From assembly GCF_032191835.1 (NCBI RefSeq), contig NC_083226.1:80228001-80292000 (forward strand): a stretch of 64,000 bases of DNA, given 5' to 3'. Every line of letters starts with the position of its first letter. The first letter of the stretch is position 1. Origin of the DNA: Heteronotia binoei. Lineage: Eukaryota. The notes beneath the pieces were generated by a model. The model made no database searches and was not told the origin of the DNA. It saw only the letters and a program-made list of their open reading frames with translations. Of this stretch, positions 49,430 to 60,689 are shown one piece after another. Position numbers and translations under genes: made by a program.

Positions 49430-51600
49430 AATAATTTGAAATTCAGCAGATCCAGGTGAGTACCTATGTTGGTCTGAAGCAGAACAAAGTGAAAATCTAA
49501 TGGCACCTTTAAGACCAATAAAGTTTTATTCAAGATGTGAGTTTTCATGTGTACACATACTTCCTCAGACATAATGAAAAGAAAACAAAGATAGCTATCT
49601 TACATATAGAATCTGGGCAGTAAATTAGCATACAGGATAATGAAGATGTTTTTAACAGATTAAAATAATAATGTTATATTGCTATCACCTGTTAGGCTTC
49701 TTAATTGTAAAGTAATAAATTTAGAGTCTGTTGTCATGCTCCATTGGTCTCCTCTCAAGCATGCATTAAACAAGCAACATCTTTTTCTTAAAGGTGTTCT
49801 GTTCTGTCAGAGAAATCTAATCTAATATATTGCATAGCATTACAAACATTCTAATACACTAATACAAAAAAGAAATACATTAGAATGCACTGGATGTATA
49901 GTTCTATTTGGTGAGAATGGGTTTAGCATATGTAATTTGATTTTTTTAAACCCAATATCCATGTTGAGTTCTGGGGAGGTGTTTCTTCCAAGTGTTGTCA
50001 TAATTTGCAATTCAGCAATTTCCCTTTCCAGTTTGTTCCTGGAGGTCACTCACTGAAATGCCCTGGAAGGTTGAAGATTGTTCTACATCTTGTGATTTTT
50101 TGATGTCAGATTTATGTCCATTTATTCTTCGGTATACGGTTTGACCTGTTTGCTCTATGCAAAGAACCAAAGGGTATTGTTGGCATTGAATGGCATATAC
50201 AGTTTTAAATAATGACCATGTGAATAAGCTTGAGATGGTGAAATTGATGTTGTTAGGTCCAGTGGGTCTGTTGTCTGGGTGTATGGGGCAGCACAGTTGG
50301 CATCTGGGTTTATTGCAAGCACTTGTACCAGTGTCCATGTTCAAATGAGATGTTGCATTATTGTGGGTGAGTTGTTTGAGATTGAAGGGATTGTCTGTGG
50401 GCAAAAAAAAGGTTTGCCACCCGGTACTTGTGAAAGAGAACTACTATTATCCAATAGAGGTTGTAAGTCACTGATGAAATATTGAACTATTTTGAGCTGA
50501 GAGCTGTATGTGACCAGTGTGTTCTGTTATTGTCTCTTTTGGGCCTGTCTTGCAATGGCATTTCTCTGGGTACCTTTCTGGCTTTGATAATCTGTTTCCT
50601 GATTTCATCGGGTGGATACTTGAGTTCCAAAAATGTTTGTTGTAGATCCATCAAATGAGAATCTTTGTCTGTAGGATTGGAGCAGATGCAGCTGTAACAT
50701 TGTTGTATACTTTGGACCATTTAGTATGTTCAGAATGTAGCTGGAGGCATATAGGTATGTTTATGGATTAGTAGATTTCTGGTATAAGATGATGTCTATG
50801 CATCCATTGTATATTTTTACAGTAGCGTCCAGAAAATATATTTTTTGCATAGATTGGTTCACTGTCAGCTTGATGGTGGGGTGAAAGTCATGGTGAAAAA
50901 TGTCCAGAGCTTTGTTGCTATGTATCCAGGCAAAAATAATGTCATAGTGTAATGCAAATACAAGAGAAGTGTGAGTGGGCAGAGTTTAGGAAGTGTTGCT
51001 TCAAATAAGTAGTAAAGATGTTAGCATACTGTGGGGCCAAGTGGATGCCCATAACTGTTCTATTGATCTGGAGGAACAAATTGTCATCAAATCTGAAGTG
51101 GTTATAGGTGAGAACAACTGGCACAGTTTGGTGGCAAAGTCAGCTGTGCTGTTGTCAGAAATCATATTCCTTATGGCTTGTAATCCATTTTAGTGTGGGA
51201 AGTTGGTATATCCATGGTGCCTAAAATAGTATTCTCTGGAAGGTTGTTCAAAGATTGTATTTTCCTCAGAAAATCTTTGGGGTCACAAACATAATTAGGA
51301 ATGTTAATGGCATAGGAATCAAAGTACAGATATCCAGATACCCCCACAGTGAAAGTTCCTATGCCTGAAACAATGGGTAATCTTGGGTTGCCAGGTTTTG
51401 TATTTTGGATAGAAGATGAAAGAATCCTGGTTGAGGTTCCTGTTGTGTGTTTGAAAGGATTTGTTCCTGAATTTGCACAAGTAATTCCTTTGTAATCTTG
51501 TTTAGCTCTTTTTTTGTATTCCTAGAAGGGTTCAAAACCCAAAGGGGAAGCACCATTTCCCCTTTCGGTTTTGCAAATTTTTCACAGCAGGAACCAAAGG
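49430..51600 (-). mobile_element. Penelope-like element (RT + GIY-YIG endonuclease), decayed
   Basis: RT YNHFRFDDNLFLQIN...MG...APQYANIF (~50990-51110). GIY-YIG region CNKPRCQLC...VYAIQCQQ...QTGQ...RRINGHKSDI (50012-50404). Confidence 0.85.
49525..49572 (-). ncRNA. degenerate hammerhead-ribozyme-like motif in the Penelope terminal repeat
   Basis: CTGAGGA-agtatgtgtacacat-GAAA-actc at the PLE 3' end. Stems are imperfect. Confidence 0.35.
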
Positions 51601-51844
51601 GGAGCATTTTTCTTAAAAGAAAAGAGAAACATATGCAATAAGCTCATGTCCTAGGATAGCAGGAAAATATCAAGATACTGGTGATGGCTTTTGTGGGGCA
51701 AGGACAACAAGTGTGGATAATTTGGCCCATCTATGGCCGCGCCACAACAGCGGCCATAGGCCAGGGGGCCGCGTTTGCCTCCTTGGAGGAGGAGGAGTCT
51801 GGAGGCTTCCCAGGCATCCGGGACTTTTGTCGGGGTGGAGCATT

Positions 51845-51860
51845 GGGGACTATAAGAGTC
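51845..51860 (+). promoter_or_regulatory. TATA-like box in the CpG-rich DIRS 5' region
   Basis: ggggactataag, conserved as ggggctataaag in the related unit at ~9100 (minus). Confidence 0.4.
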
Positions 51861-52309
51861 CCCGACCCCACCCCAAGTTGCGCAGTTGATTTTCGGCTCT
51901 CAGCGGCGGCGTGTGCAGCCAGGCTGGAGTCGAGGGAGTTGCATCAGGCCAGCGATCGAGGCGGTGGCGGGAAGCAGTGGTTGTGGATGGTCGCTCTTAC
52001 GGGCTTGCAGTGCTTGGCTGATCTGGGATGGGGGCTTTTGTTGAGGGCTGGAAGGCCGGTGCGTGGGCAGGGCCCCTCTTGACGTCGAAGCTCGGGTGAT
52101 GACGGGCCCCTTCGGAGGGGGATTGTTGACTGCTTCTGGGGAATTGGGGGTGGATTAAAGTGGTTGGTGGGTGTTCGATCTGCTTATTACCCCCCCTGCT
52201 CTCTACGCAGACCATCCCCCCTCCCTCCCTCCAGAACACGGCCTGTTGGTGTGCGTTTTGGGTGAAGGAGAGAGAAATAGGTGTCTCAGTGGAGAAACAG
52301 AGAAATTGA

Positions 52310-52450
52310 AGGAGGGGCTGTGTTTCAGTGGCAGAGCCTCTGCTTGGCAGGCTGAGGGCCCCAGGTTTCAATCCCCGGCATTTTCATTGAAAAGGATCAG
52401 GTAGCAGGTGGAGTAAAACCTGTGCTAAAAACCCTGGTGTGCCGCTCTCT
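52310..52450 (+). mobile_element. Squam3-type SINE 5' part inside the DIRS leader
   Basis: ggggctgtgtttcagtggcagagcctctgcttggc...ggtttcaatccccggca. Confidence 0.65.
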
Positions 52451-52532
52451 ACTTCGGAGGGGTATTTATTGGCTGGGTATTGTATTTACCCCCCCCCACT
52501 GTCCCCACTTCTTATTTCTTGCTACATTTGGG

Positions 52533-53317
52533 ATGGGGCCTAAGAAAGGGCAGGGAGTGCCTAAGGGCAAGCAACCTGCTCGGCCTCAGAGGAAGAGAGT
52601 GCATAATGAAAAGGCTGATGTGGTGCTGAGGATACGAAATGGATGCGGTGTGCAATCATCGATCAGCTGGGGGCTCTGGAACGCAGAAGGGGTTCTACTA
52701 AGGCATTGTCTCTGGGGTCTGGGTGGTCCAGGGTCACAGGGCGGTCTGGTACGATGTCTTTTGAGCAAGAGGTACTTGCAAGACTTTCTGTGTTACAGAA
52801 AGCTGGCAGAGAAAATGCAGGGAGTGGAGCCGGACAGTGAAGTTGAGTCGGATGGAGAGGTGGAGGTTCAGGAGCTGCTTGGTGAATTGGATCGACCTGT
52901 ACAGTCAGCACCAGTGGTGGTAGTAGTTGCACCACCAGCTGGGGATGATAAGTATTTACAGCCTCAACAAACACAGACATGGCCTTGGGGTATGTGGGGT
53001 TCCCCTTCAACACCGGTGGGAGTGGGTGCAGCTGGCGTTGCCAACCCAATTTGGGGGCAGGGGGTACGTGGGTATACCCAGGACAGCAGGGTTTCACATG
53101 GGCAGTGGGGGCCCTTCCCAGCAGTGCATGAGCCAAGTTGGATTAAGTGGGGTTATCCAGTCCCAAATTCGGGTTCCAGCAACAGCGCCTGCACAGGGAG
53201 CCCCAGTGCAAGGGGCGCAGGTTGTTCTCCCGTGGGGGGGCAGATGATGATGCTGCAGCAACCAGGGTGGCCTAATGGTCAGTGGACGGCATGGGGCTAT
53301 TTACCTAATCCTCATGG
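52533..53317 (+). pseudogene. DIRS ORF1 (gag-like), 5' part
   Basis: Basic start MGPKKGQGVPKGK and a Pro/Gly/Trp-rich region. Ends at the L1 junction. Confidence 0.65.
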
Positions 53318-55801
53318 TAAAACAATTTTTATTAGCAACATATGGTACTAAATCTATATCTATATCTTACATCTTTAAAAATTTCTTTTATCTACCCCAT
53401 ATATTACTTTCCACCCATCCATCTCTCCGTTACTTGACACCTGCCAGTGTTATTTACTTAAAAAAAATATTAAAGGTACCCTTAACTATTAAAACAAAAA
53501 AATATATTTTTCTTCTTTTTAAAACTTAATTATTATCAAAAATTGTCCAATGTCCTTTTATTTTCCACTCTTTTTCTATACCTTCTAAACTTTTTCCACT
53601 CCGTCTTAAAAACTTCTAAATCATAGTCTCTTAATATTCTTGTTAGTTTGTCCATTTCACTCCATGTCATAACTTTTATAATCCAATCCCATTTCTCTGG
53701 TATTTTTTCTTGCTTCCACAACTGCACATGCTATGTCCTAGCAGCTGAAAGCAAGTACCAGATTAAAGTTCTATCTTCCATTTGTAATCCCAATAAAAAA
53801 GTCTCTGCAACTTTCATTGCTTCATATCCCAATATCCTAGAAATTTCTTGTTGAATCATTTGCCAATACTGTTTTGCTCTTTCAGAAGTCCACCACATAT
53901 GGTAAAAAGAACCTTCATGCTTTTTACATTTCCAACATCTGTCTGACATCTTGTTATTCATCTTTGCTAATTTTTTAGGAGTCATATACCATCTATACAT
54001 CATCTTAAAACAGTTTTCTTTAATACTTTGACATGTTGAAAGTTTCATAGAGTTCTTCCACAAATATTCCCAAGTTTCCATCTGTATTTCTTTATTTACA
54101 TTAATTGCCCATTTGAGATTTCACTACTTCATCTTCTGTAGACCATTGTAGAAGTAATTTATATACTTTTGAAATTAATTTATCATTGTCCCCAAGCAGA
54201 ACTTTTTCCATTTCTGTTTGCTCTTTCCTTATTCCTTCAGTTTTAATATCATTCTCCACCAAGCTCTTTATTTGTTGCATTTGGAACCAATCATGTTTAT
54301 GATTCAACTCTTCAGCAGTTTTCAGTTCTATTTTGCCACTTTGTATTTTTAATAATTGATTATATGACAACCACTTTTCTTCACCTATCTCAGCCGTTGT
54401 TTTTATTACTTCAGCTGGCACTATCCATAACGGTCTTCTCTCATCCACATATTTCTTGTATTTCATCCATGTATTTAGTAAATTACTTCTTATATAATGG
54501 TGAGAGAAAAAAAATCCATCTTCTTTTTTCCATAATACAAATACACGTGCCAGCCAAATTTATTTCCGTGACCTTCCAGCGCCAAAAGTTTTTTATTTAA
54601 CAACGTTATCCATTCTTTCATCCACACTAAACAAACTGCTTCATGATATAATTTTAAATTTGGTAGTTGAAATCCGCCTCTCTCTTTTGCATCAGTCAAA
54701 ATTTTCATTTTAATCCTTGGTTTCTTCCCAGCCCACACAAATTCTGAGATTTTCCTTCACCATTTATCAAATTGTTTGCCCTCCTTCACAATAGGAATAG
54801 TTTGAAACAAATACATTATTCTTGGTAAGATATTCATTTTAATTGCAGCTATTCTACCCAGCAATGACAAATTAAGCTTGTTCCATTTTAGCATGTCTTC
54901 ATCCATTTTACGCCATAACTTCTCATAGTTATTTTTAAACAAGTCAATATGTTTCATTGTAATCTCTACCCCTAGGTATTTTACCTTAGAAGTGACTTCA
55001 CAGCCCGTTAGTCTCTGTAGTTCTTGTTTCTTAATCATCTGCATATTTTTACACAGAATTTTTGATTTTTCTCTATTAATACAAAGTCCCACCAACTCCC
55101 CATATTCTTGTATTTTAGCTAACAACAAAGGTGTAACTAGTATGGGGTTTTCATTTATAAACATTATATCATCAGCAAAAGCTCTGTATTTGTAAGTAAA
55201 TCTTAGACCTTCTATCTCTTTTTCCTCTTGGATCTGCATCAGTAATATTTCAAGAGTCATTATAAACAACAATGGTGAAAGTGGACAGCCTTGTCTGGTA
55301 CCTTTGCTGACTTTCATACCTTCTGTAAGGTCTGCATTTATACACAACCTTGCATTTTGTTCAGAGTATATTGCTTTTATCAATCTTATAAAATTTTCTC
55401 CCAGCTCCATTTTTTCCATTACTGCAAACATAAAGTCCCAGTTTAAATTGTCAAATGCTTTCTCTGCATCTGTAAAGAATAATGCTACTTCTTTTTCTGG
55501 ATGTCTTTCATAATATTTTACAATATTTACAACAGTTCTAATATTGTCTCTTATTTGTCTTTTGGGAGAAAACCCTGCTTGATCCTCCTTTATAAAGTTT
55601 ATCAAATGTTGTTTAAGCCGTTCTGCCAAGATTCTTGTAAATATTTTATAGTCATTATTTAATAGCGAAATAGGTCTATAATTTTTTTACATTCATGACA
55701 TCTCTATCTTCCTTGGGTATCAACGAAATAACAGCTTCTTTCCATGTGTTTGGTATATTCTCTCTTATTATTATCATATTCATCAATTTCTGCAGTTTTG
55801 G
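53318..55801 (-). mobile_element. L1/Tx1-clade LINE, 5'-truncated, inserted in DIRS gag
   Basis: NYRPISLLN, QAGF, DAEKAFD, GTRQGCPLSP, FADD, and C-terminal CWKC...H.WW.S. AATAAA at ~53328-53333 (minus). Confidence 0.92.
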
Positions 55802-55954
55802 TACATTCACATATTCACCCCATAAAATTTTTTCCCATGTAGTGGGTGTTAAATGGTCCCCTAATGGCATTGCTGTATCTCCAAATGGGATAGCCGGAAA
55901 CGGCATTGACCCATAAGGATTGGGTAAATAAAAAACAACCTATTTGTTGTTTAC

Positions 55955-56530
55955 GGGATGAATACGTGGATGTATTTAACCTGCTATACAGGGAATTGGA
56001 GAAGAAGGAAAAGGAGGACCTTGATGAGAAAGAGAAAGAGAAGCTGAAATGGAGAATGGATGACAGGACCTGGGCTAACTGGTTGCTGGGTTTTCTGATA
56101 TATGCTGGAGTTATTGCAAGGGCACAGCCTTTTTGAGCAGCACCTTTATTTCAGTACTGCAATATTATTTACCGAACATATACTGACTTTGTCGGTGCAG
56201 CCTGGATGCAATATGATGAGGCCTTCCAAATGCGGGTGGCGATTAATCCGGCCCTTCCTTGGAAGCAGATAAACCAGTAGTTGTGGCTTCAGCTGATGTC
56301 TCCTGCTAAGCCCAATGCTGGTGATCAGGCAGATAGTTGTCATCTAGTCCACAAGCTGCAGAGCACATCAGGAGCCCGCGCAGTATCGGGCCAGTCGGTT
56401 CAACCCCGACTGTTATGTTGGGAATTTACATTTGCTCAAGGAAAGCTTGTAAATTTAAGCACGAATGCCCATTGTGCGGTGGGTCTCATGCATTTTCGGC
56501 TTGTACTAAAGCCAAGACAAGAAGTGGCAC
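55955..56530 (+). pseudogene. DIRS ORF1 (gag-like), 3' part with Cys/His zinc knuckle
   Basis: EYVDVFNLLYRELE...WLLGFLIYAGVI and CSRKACKFKHECPLCGGSHAFSAC. Confidence 0.7.
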
Positions 56531-58234
56531 AAAGTGAGCAGGGGGAGGCAGCAACACTTCACAGCCTGGCAAAGGGTCCCAGCCCCATTCAGCTGAGAGT
56601 ACTTAGAAAGTTATTAGAAAGATACCCTTTAGTGGCTGATAGAGTTCATTTGTTAGATGGTTTTACCCATGGGTTTCGGATTCTGTATCAGGGCACTTGG
56701 GTGCCCTGTATGGCATCCAATCTCCATTCTGTTAAGGGGATGGAGCAGATAGTTAGGGAAAAAATTTCTAAGGAATGCCGGGAGGGTCGGGTGATTGGCC
56801 CATTTGATGCTCCTCCTGTACCCAACCTTAAGGTATCGCCCCTGGGGATGGTGCTTAAGAAGGCGCCTGGGGAATACCGCCTTATTCATCATTTGTCCTA
56901 CCCAAGGGGGGGATTCGTAAATGATGCCATTCCTGATCAGCTTTGTTCTGTGCGTTACACCTCTTTTGACCAGGCAGTCAAAGTGGTGTGGGGGTGTAGA
57001 AAGGGGGCTGAAATGGCAAAATGCGACATTAAGTCTGCATTTTGCCTGTTACCCATCCACTCCAGGGATTTTGAGTTGCTGGGTTTTATGTTTGGTGGAA
57101 AATATTTTATGGATCGAGCTTTGCCAATGGGTGCTTGATTTCCTGTGCAGCCTTTGAGCGTTTCAGTTCCTTTTTGGAATGGGCGCTACAAGTTAAGTCA
57201 GGGTTAACCGAAACGGTTCATTACCTTGATGACTTCCTTTTTGTGGGTCCTGCGGCCTCTGGGCAATGTGCCAGACTAATGGAAGCATTTGTTCAACTGG
57301 CAGCCGAATTAGGGGTGCCATTGGCACACGAAAAGACGGAAGGCCTGGCATCAGTTTTGACATTTTTGGGTATTGAGTTGGACTCTTGTAAGCAAGCCTC
57401 ATGGCTTCCTGAAGACAAGGTTCAGGGGCTGTGGAGGTGCATTGCAACGATTAAAGGGCAGCATAAGGTGTCTCTGCTGGAGCTGCAGCAGCTGGTAGGG
57501 CATTTGTACTTTGCATGCAGAGTGGTCGCTCCAGGAAGGGCATTCCTGAGGCGACTATGTGATGCAATGGGTTCCCTCCGCTTGCCTCATCATAGAATGA
57601 GGATAACCGCAGGTATGCGAAAAGACCTGGAGGTTTGGGAAGAATTTTTGGAATCCTTTAACGGGATCTCCTTTTGGAGGGATGACATGCGGATTAAAAC
57701 TGACCTCCAGATAACTTCTGATGTGGCAGGTTCCATAGGTTTTGGGGTATTTTTAGGGGGCACTGGTGTGCGGAGAGGTGGTCCAGGGAGTGGTTGGCTG
57801 GTCGGCTCTGCAGGGATTTAACTTTTGTGGAATTTTTTCCCATTGAAGTGGCATTGTGGCTCTGGGGAGATCAATTAGCCAACCATGTGGTGCATTTTTG
57901 GTGTGACAATTTGGCGGTGGTCCATGTGATTAACTCATTGTCTTCCAAATCTGTACCAGTAATGAACCTGGTTAGAGCCTTTATGCTGCGCTGCCTTCAA
58001 TTGAACCTGTTGTTTTTGGCTAAGCACTTTCCTGGTGTTTGTAATGGTGTGGCAGATGCCCTGTCTCGCCAACAGATGGAGCGTTTTCGTCAGCTGGCTC
58101 CAGAAGCCGACCCAGGGCTGGTCAGGATGCCTCAGGACCTGACCTGGAGGGTCGAAGCCAGTAGGGCAATCAGTTTAGCTTTGGCTCCGAGTACCAGAAG
58201 AGTGTACGAGCGGGCTGTCTGGCAATTCAGGTAA
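56281..58234 (+). pseudogene. DIRS RT + RNase H, frameshifted
   Basis: YRLIHHLSYP, KCDIKSAF, LPMG, HYLDDFLF, TFLGIELD, WCDNLAVV, and HFPGVCNGVADALSR. Confidence 0.88.
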
Positions 58235-58832
58235 TTTAGAACTGCAGGGGGAGTGTGGGACATTTGGCCCGTGCCTGTGCTGCATTTGATGCAGTTTTTG
58301 GTACACCATAGGGAAAAGGGCTTAGCAGTTAAATCCATTAGAGGGCAGTTAGCAGCCATTGCCTTTGTTAGTAAGGCCCAGGGATTGGCTGAGAACACCC
58401 GAGACTTTAGGGTCAGGAAGATGTTGGAGGGTTGGTCCAGGGAAATGGGGTCGAGGGCGGATTTACTGCAGCCTATTTCCCCTTCGCTGCTTAAGGGATT
58501 TGGCCAGATTTGGCCTGAGGTGTGTGTTTCACACTGTGAAGTGGCCCTGTTCCATGCAGCAGTGCTGACAGCCTTTTTTTGGAGCTTTTAGAGTTAGCAA
58601 GCTGGTGTCACAGTCACGTAAGGTTCAGTCTAACCATGCTTTATGGACCGGTGACGTTACCTTTAAAGGTGAACAAGTTGTCCTTATGGTTAGGCGATCC
58701 AAAACAAACCAGAGGGGCAAGCAGTTACTCTTGGGCCTTGCGGTGAGGTTGGTTTGTGCCCAGTTAGGGTCCTACGGCGGTACACTGCAGTTAGAGGGGA
58801 TGCAGAGGGACTGTTCTTTTGGCACAGGGACC
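58130..58832 (+). pseudogene. tyrosine recombinase, N-terminal and core part (C-terminus deleted)
   Basis: LAPSTRRVYER, AFF-AFRVS(K)LVS, VRRSKTNQRG. Overlaps the RNase H frame. Confidence 0.8.
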
Positions 58833-58837
58833 AAATT

Positions 58838-60025
58838 TCAATTTTATTTATTTATTTATTTATATTTAGACTTATATCCCGCCCTTCCCACCAAAGTGGC
58901 TCAGGGTGGCTTACAACATTTTAATTCACATAATTCAGCTTAAAAACATTTACATAACAAAGTTAAAACCATAATTAATAAGACATAAAAATAAGAATAA
59001 AAAGCAGCGGTCCATAAATGCATTTTTAGTTCCATCCAGAAGATATTCTCATTGTCAGTTAGTTGTTATTGGCCTGCCGGAAGAGGACTGTCTTACAGGC
59101 CCTGCAGAACTGCCCTAGGTCCCGCAGGGCCCGCACCTCTTTCGGCAGCTGGTTCCACCAGTAAGGCGCTGTTACCGAGAAGGCCCGATCCCTGTTGGAT
59201 TTCAGGCGGGCCTCCTTTGGCCCGGGGATTACTAACAGGTTTTGTGAACCCGATCGTAGTACTCTCTGGGGAACGTGTGGGGAGAGACGGTCCCTAAGGT
59301 AGGCAGGTCCTAGGCCATATAGGGCTTTAAAGGTAATGACCAACACCTTGTACTGGACTCGGAATGTTATTGGCAGCCAGTGCAGATCCCAAAGCCCCGA
59401 CCGAATGTGCTCCCATCTTGGGAGCCCTAATAGCAGCCGGGCAGCGGCATTCTGCACCAACTGCAATTTCCGGGTCCGACACAAGGGTAGCCCCATGTAG
59501 AGGGCATTAAAGTAGTCCAACCTCGAGGTGACCGTAGCATGAATCACTGTTGCTAGGTCGTCGCGTTCCAGGAAGGGGGCCAGCTGCTTCGCCCGCCTAA
59601 GATGAAAGAATGCGGACTTGGCAGTGGCTGCTATCTGAGCCTCCATTGTCAGTGAAGGCTCCAATAGAACCCCCAAACTTTTGACCCTGCTCGCCGCTAT
59701 CAACGGCGCGCTGTCAAAAACTGGCAGGGGGATTTCCCTTCCCGGGCCACAACGACCCAAGCAAAGGACCTCTGTCTTCGCCGGATTCAGCTTCAGCCCG
59801 CTCAGCCTAAGCCACCTAGCCACTGCCTGTAACGCCCGGTCCAGATTTTCTGGGGCGCAGGCAGGCCGGCCGTCCATGAGCAGAAAGAGCTGGGTGTCAT
59901 CAGCATACTGATGACAACCCAGCCCATACCTTCGGGCAATCTTGGCAAGGGGGCGCATATAGATGTTAAATAACATCGGGGAAAGTACCGCCCCTTGAGG
60001 CACTCTGCAATCAAGCGTGTGTCTC
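58838..60025 (-). mobile_element. L2-clade LINE, young 5'-truncated copy inside DIRS
   Basis: Open 314-aa ORF 59059-60003 (GVPQGAVLSP, YADD) and an (AAAT)n tail. Confidence 0.92.
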
Positions 60026-60029
60026 TGGG

Positions 60030-60304
60030 ACAGCTCTTCCTGGGGTCTGCCTAGTGTGGTCTGCCATCCTGCCTTGTTGGGTCTGGTGAGGGGCTTGAGA
60101 CCCAGTGGGCATCGAAAGGACTAGGAGAAAAGCCAGTCGGGCCCTGCAAAAGGCATTGGATGGGGGTTTGGGGAGTTTTCTGCCTCACCCGGCAATTTGA
60201 GCTGATTGTGTCGGGTTGTATAGACCTGACGGTGTGCATCTTTCAGATGCTGGTAATCGGGCCTTTCTAAATGATATACGGCAAGGGCTTCGGGCAGCTC
60301 TGGG
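60030..60304 (+). pseudogene. SGNH/GDSL-like hydrolase C-terminal remnant carried by the DIRS element
   Basis: Translation gives VWSAILPCWVW*GA*DPVGIERTRRKASRALQKAL...LPHPAI*...LYRPDGVHLSDAGNRAFLNDIRQGL. DGVH is the DxxH motif. Confidence 0.7.
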
Positions 60305-60689
60305 GCGGAGATAGTGTTGGTTGACCTGGCGGATGACCTTCAATGGCATCTGGATTGAGGCGGCTCGGCAGTACTGATGCTGTTAGACCTATCGGCAGCG
60401 TTCGATACGGTTGACCATCGGTTGCTGACTTGCCGCCTCGCCGACACGGGGATTCAGGGGCTGGCCTTACAATGGCTTTCCTCTTTCCTTGATGGTCGGG
60501 GACAAAGGGTGGTGATTGGGGGTGAACTTCCGGAGACACACACTTGATTGAGGAGTGCCTCAAGGGGCGGTGCTTTCCCCGATATTGTTTAACATCTACA
60601 TACGCCCCCTTGCCCAGATTGCCCGAAGGTATGGGTTGGGTTGTCATCAGTACACAGTGTACATCAGTACACTGATGAAACCCAGCTCT
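60301..60689 (+). other. internal L2 RT fragment copied from 32622-33010
   Basis: Reverse complement is ~98% identical to 32622-33010 by eye and shares private lesions. Flanked by the 10-bp repeat cagctctggg. Confidence 0.85.

Noticed and set aside
51681-52404. GC-rich ORFs / CpG island as a host promoter or first exon
   Set aside because: It coincides with the DIRS 5' region, which is homologous to the unit at 8480-9265.
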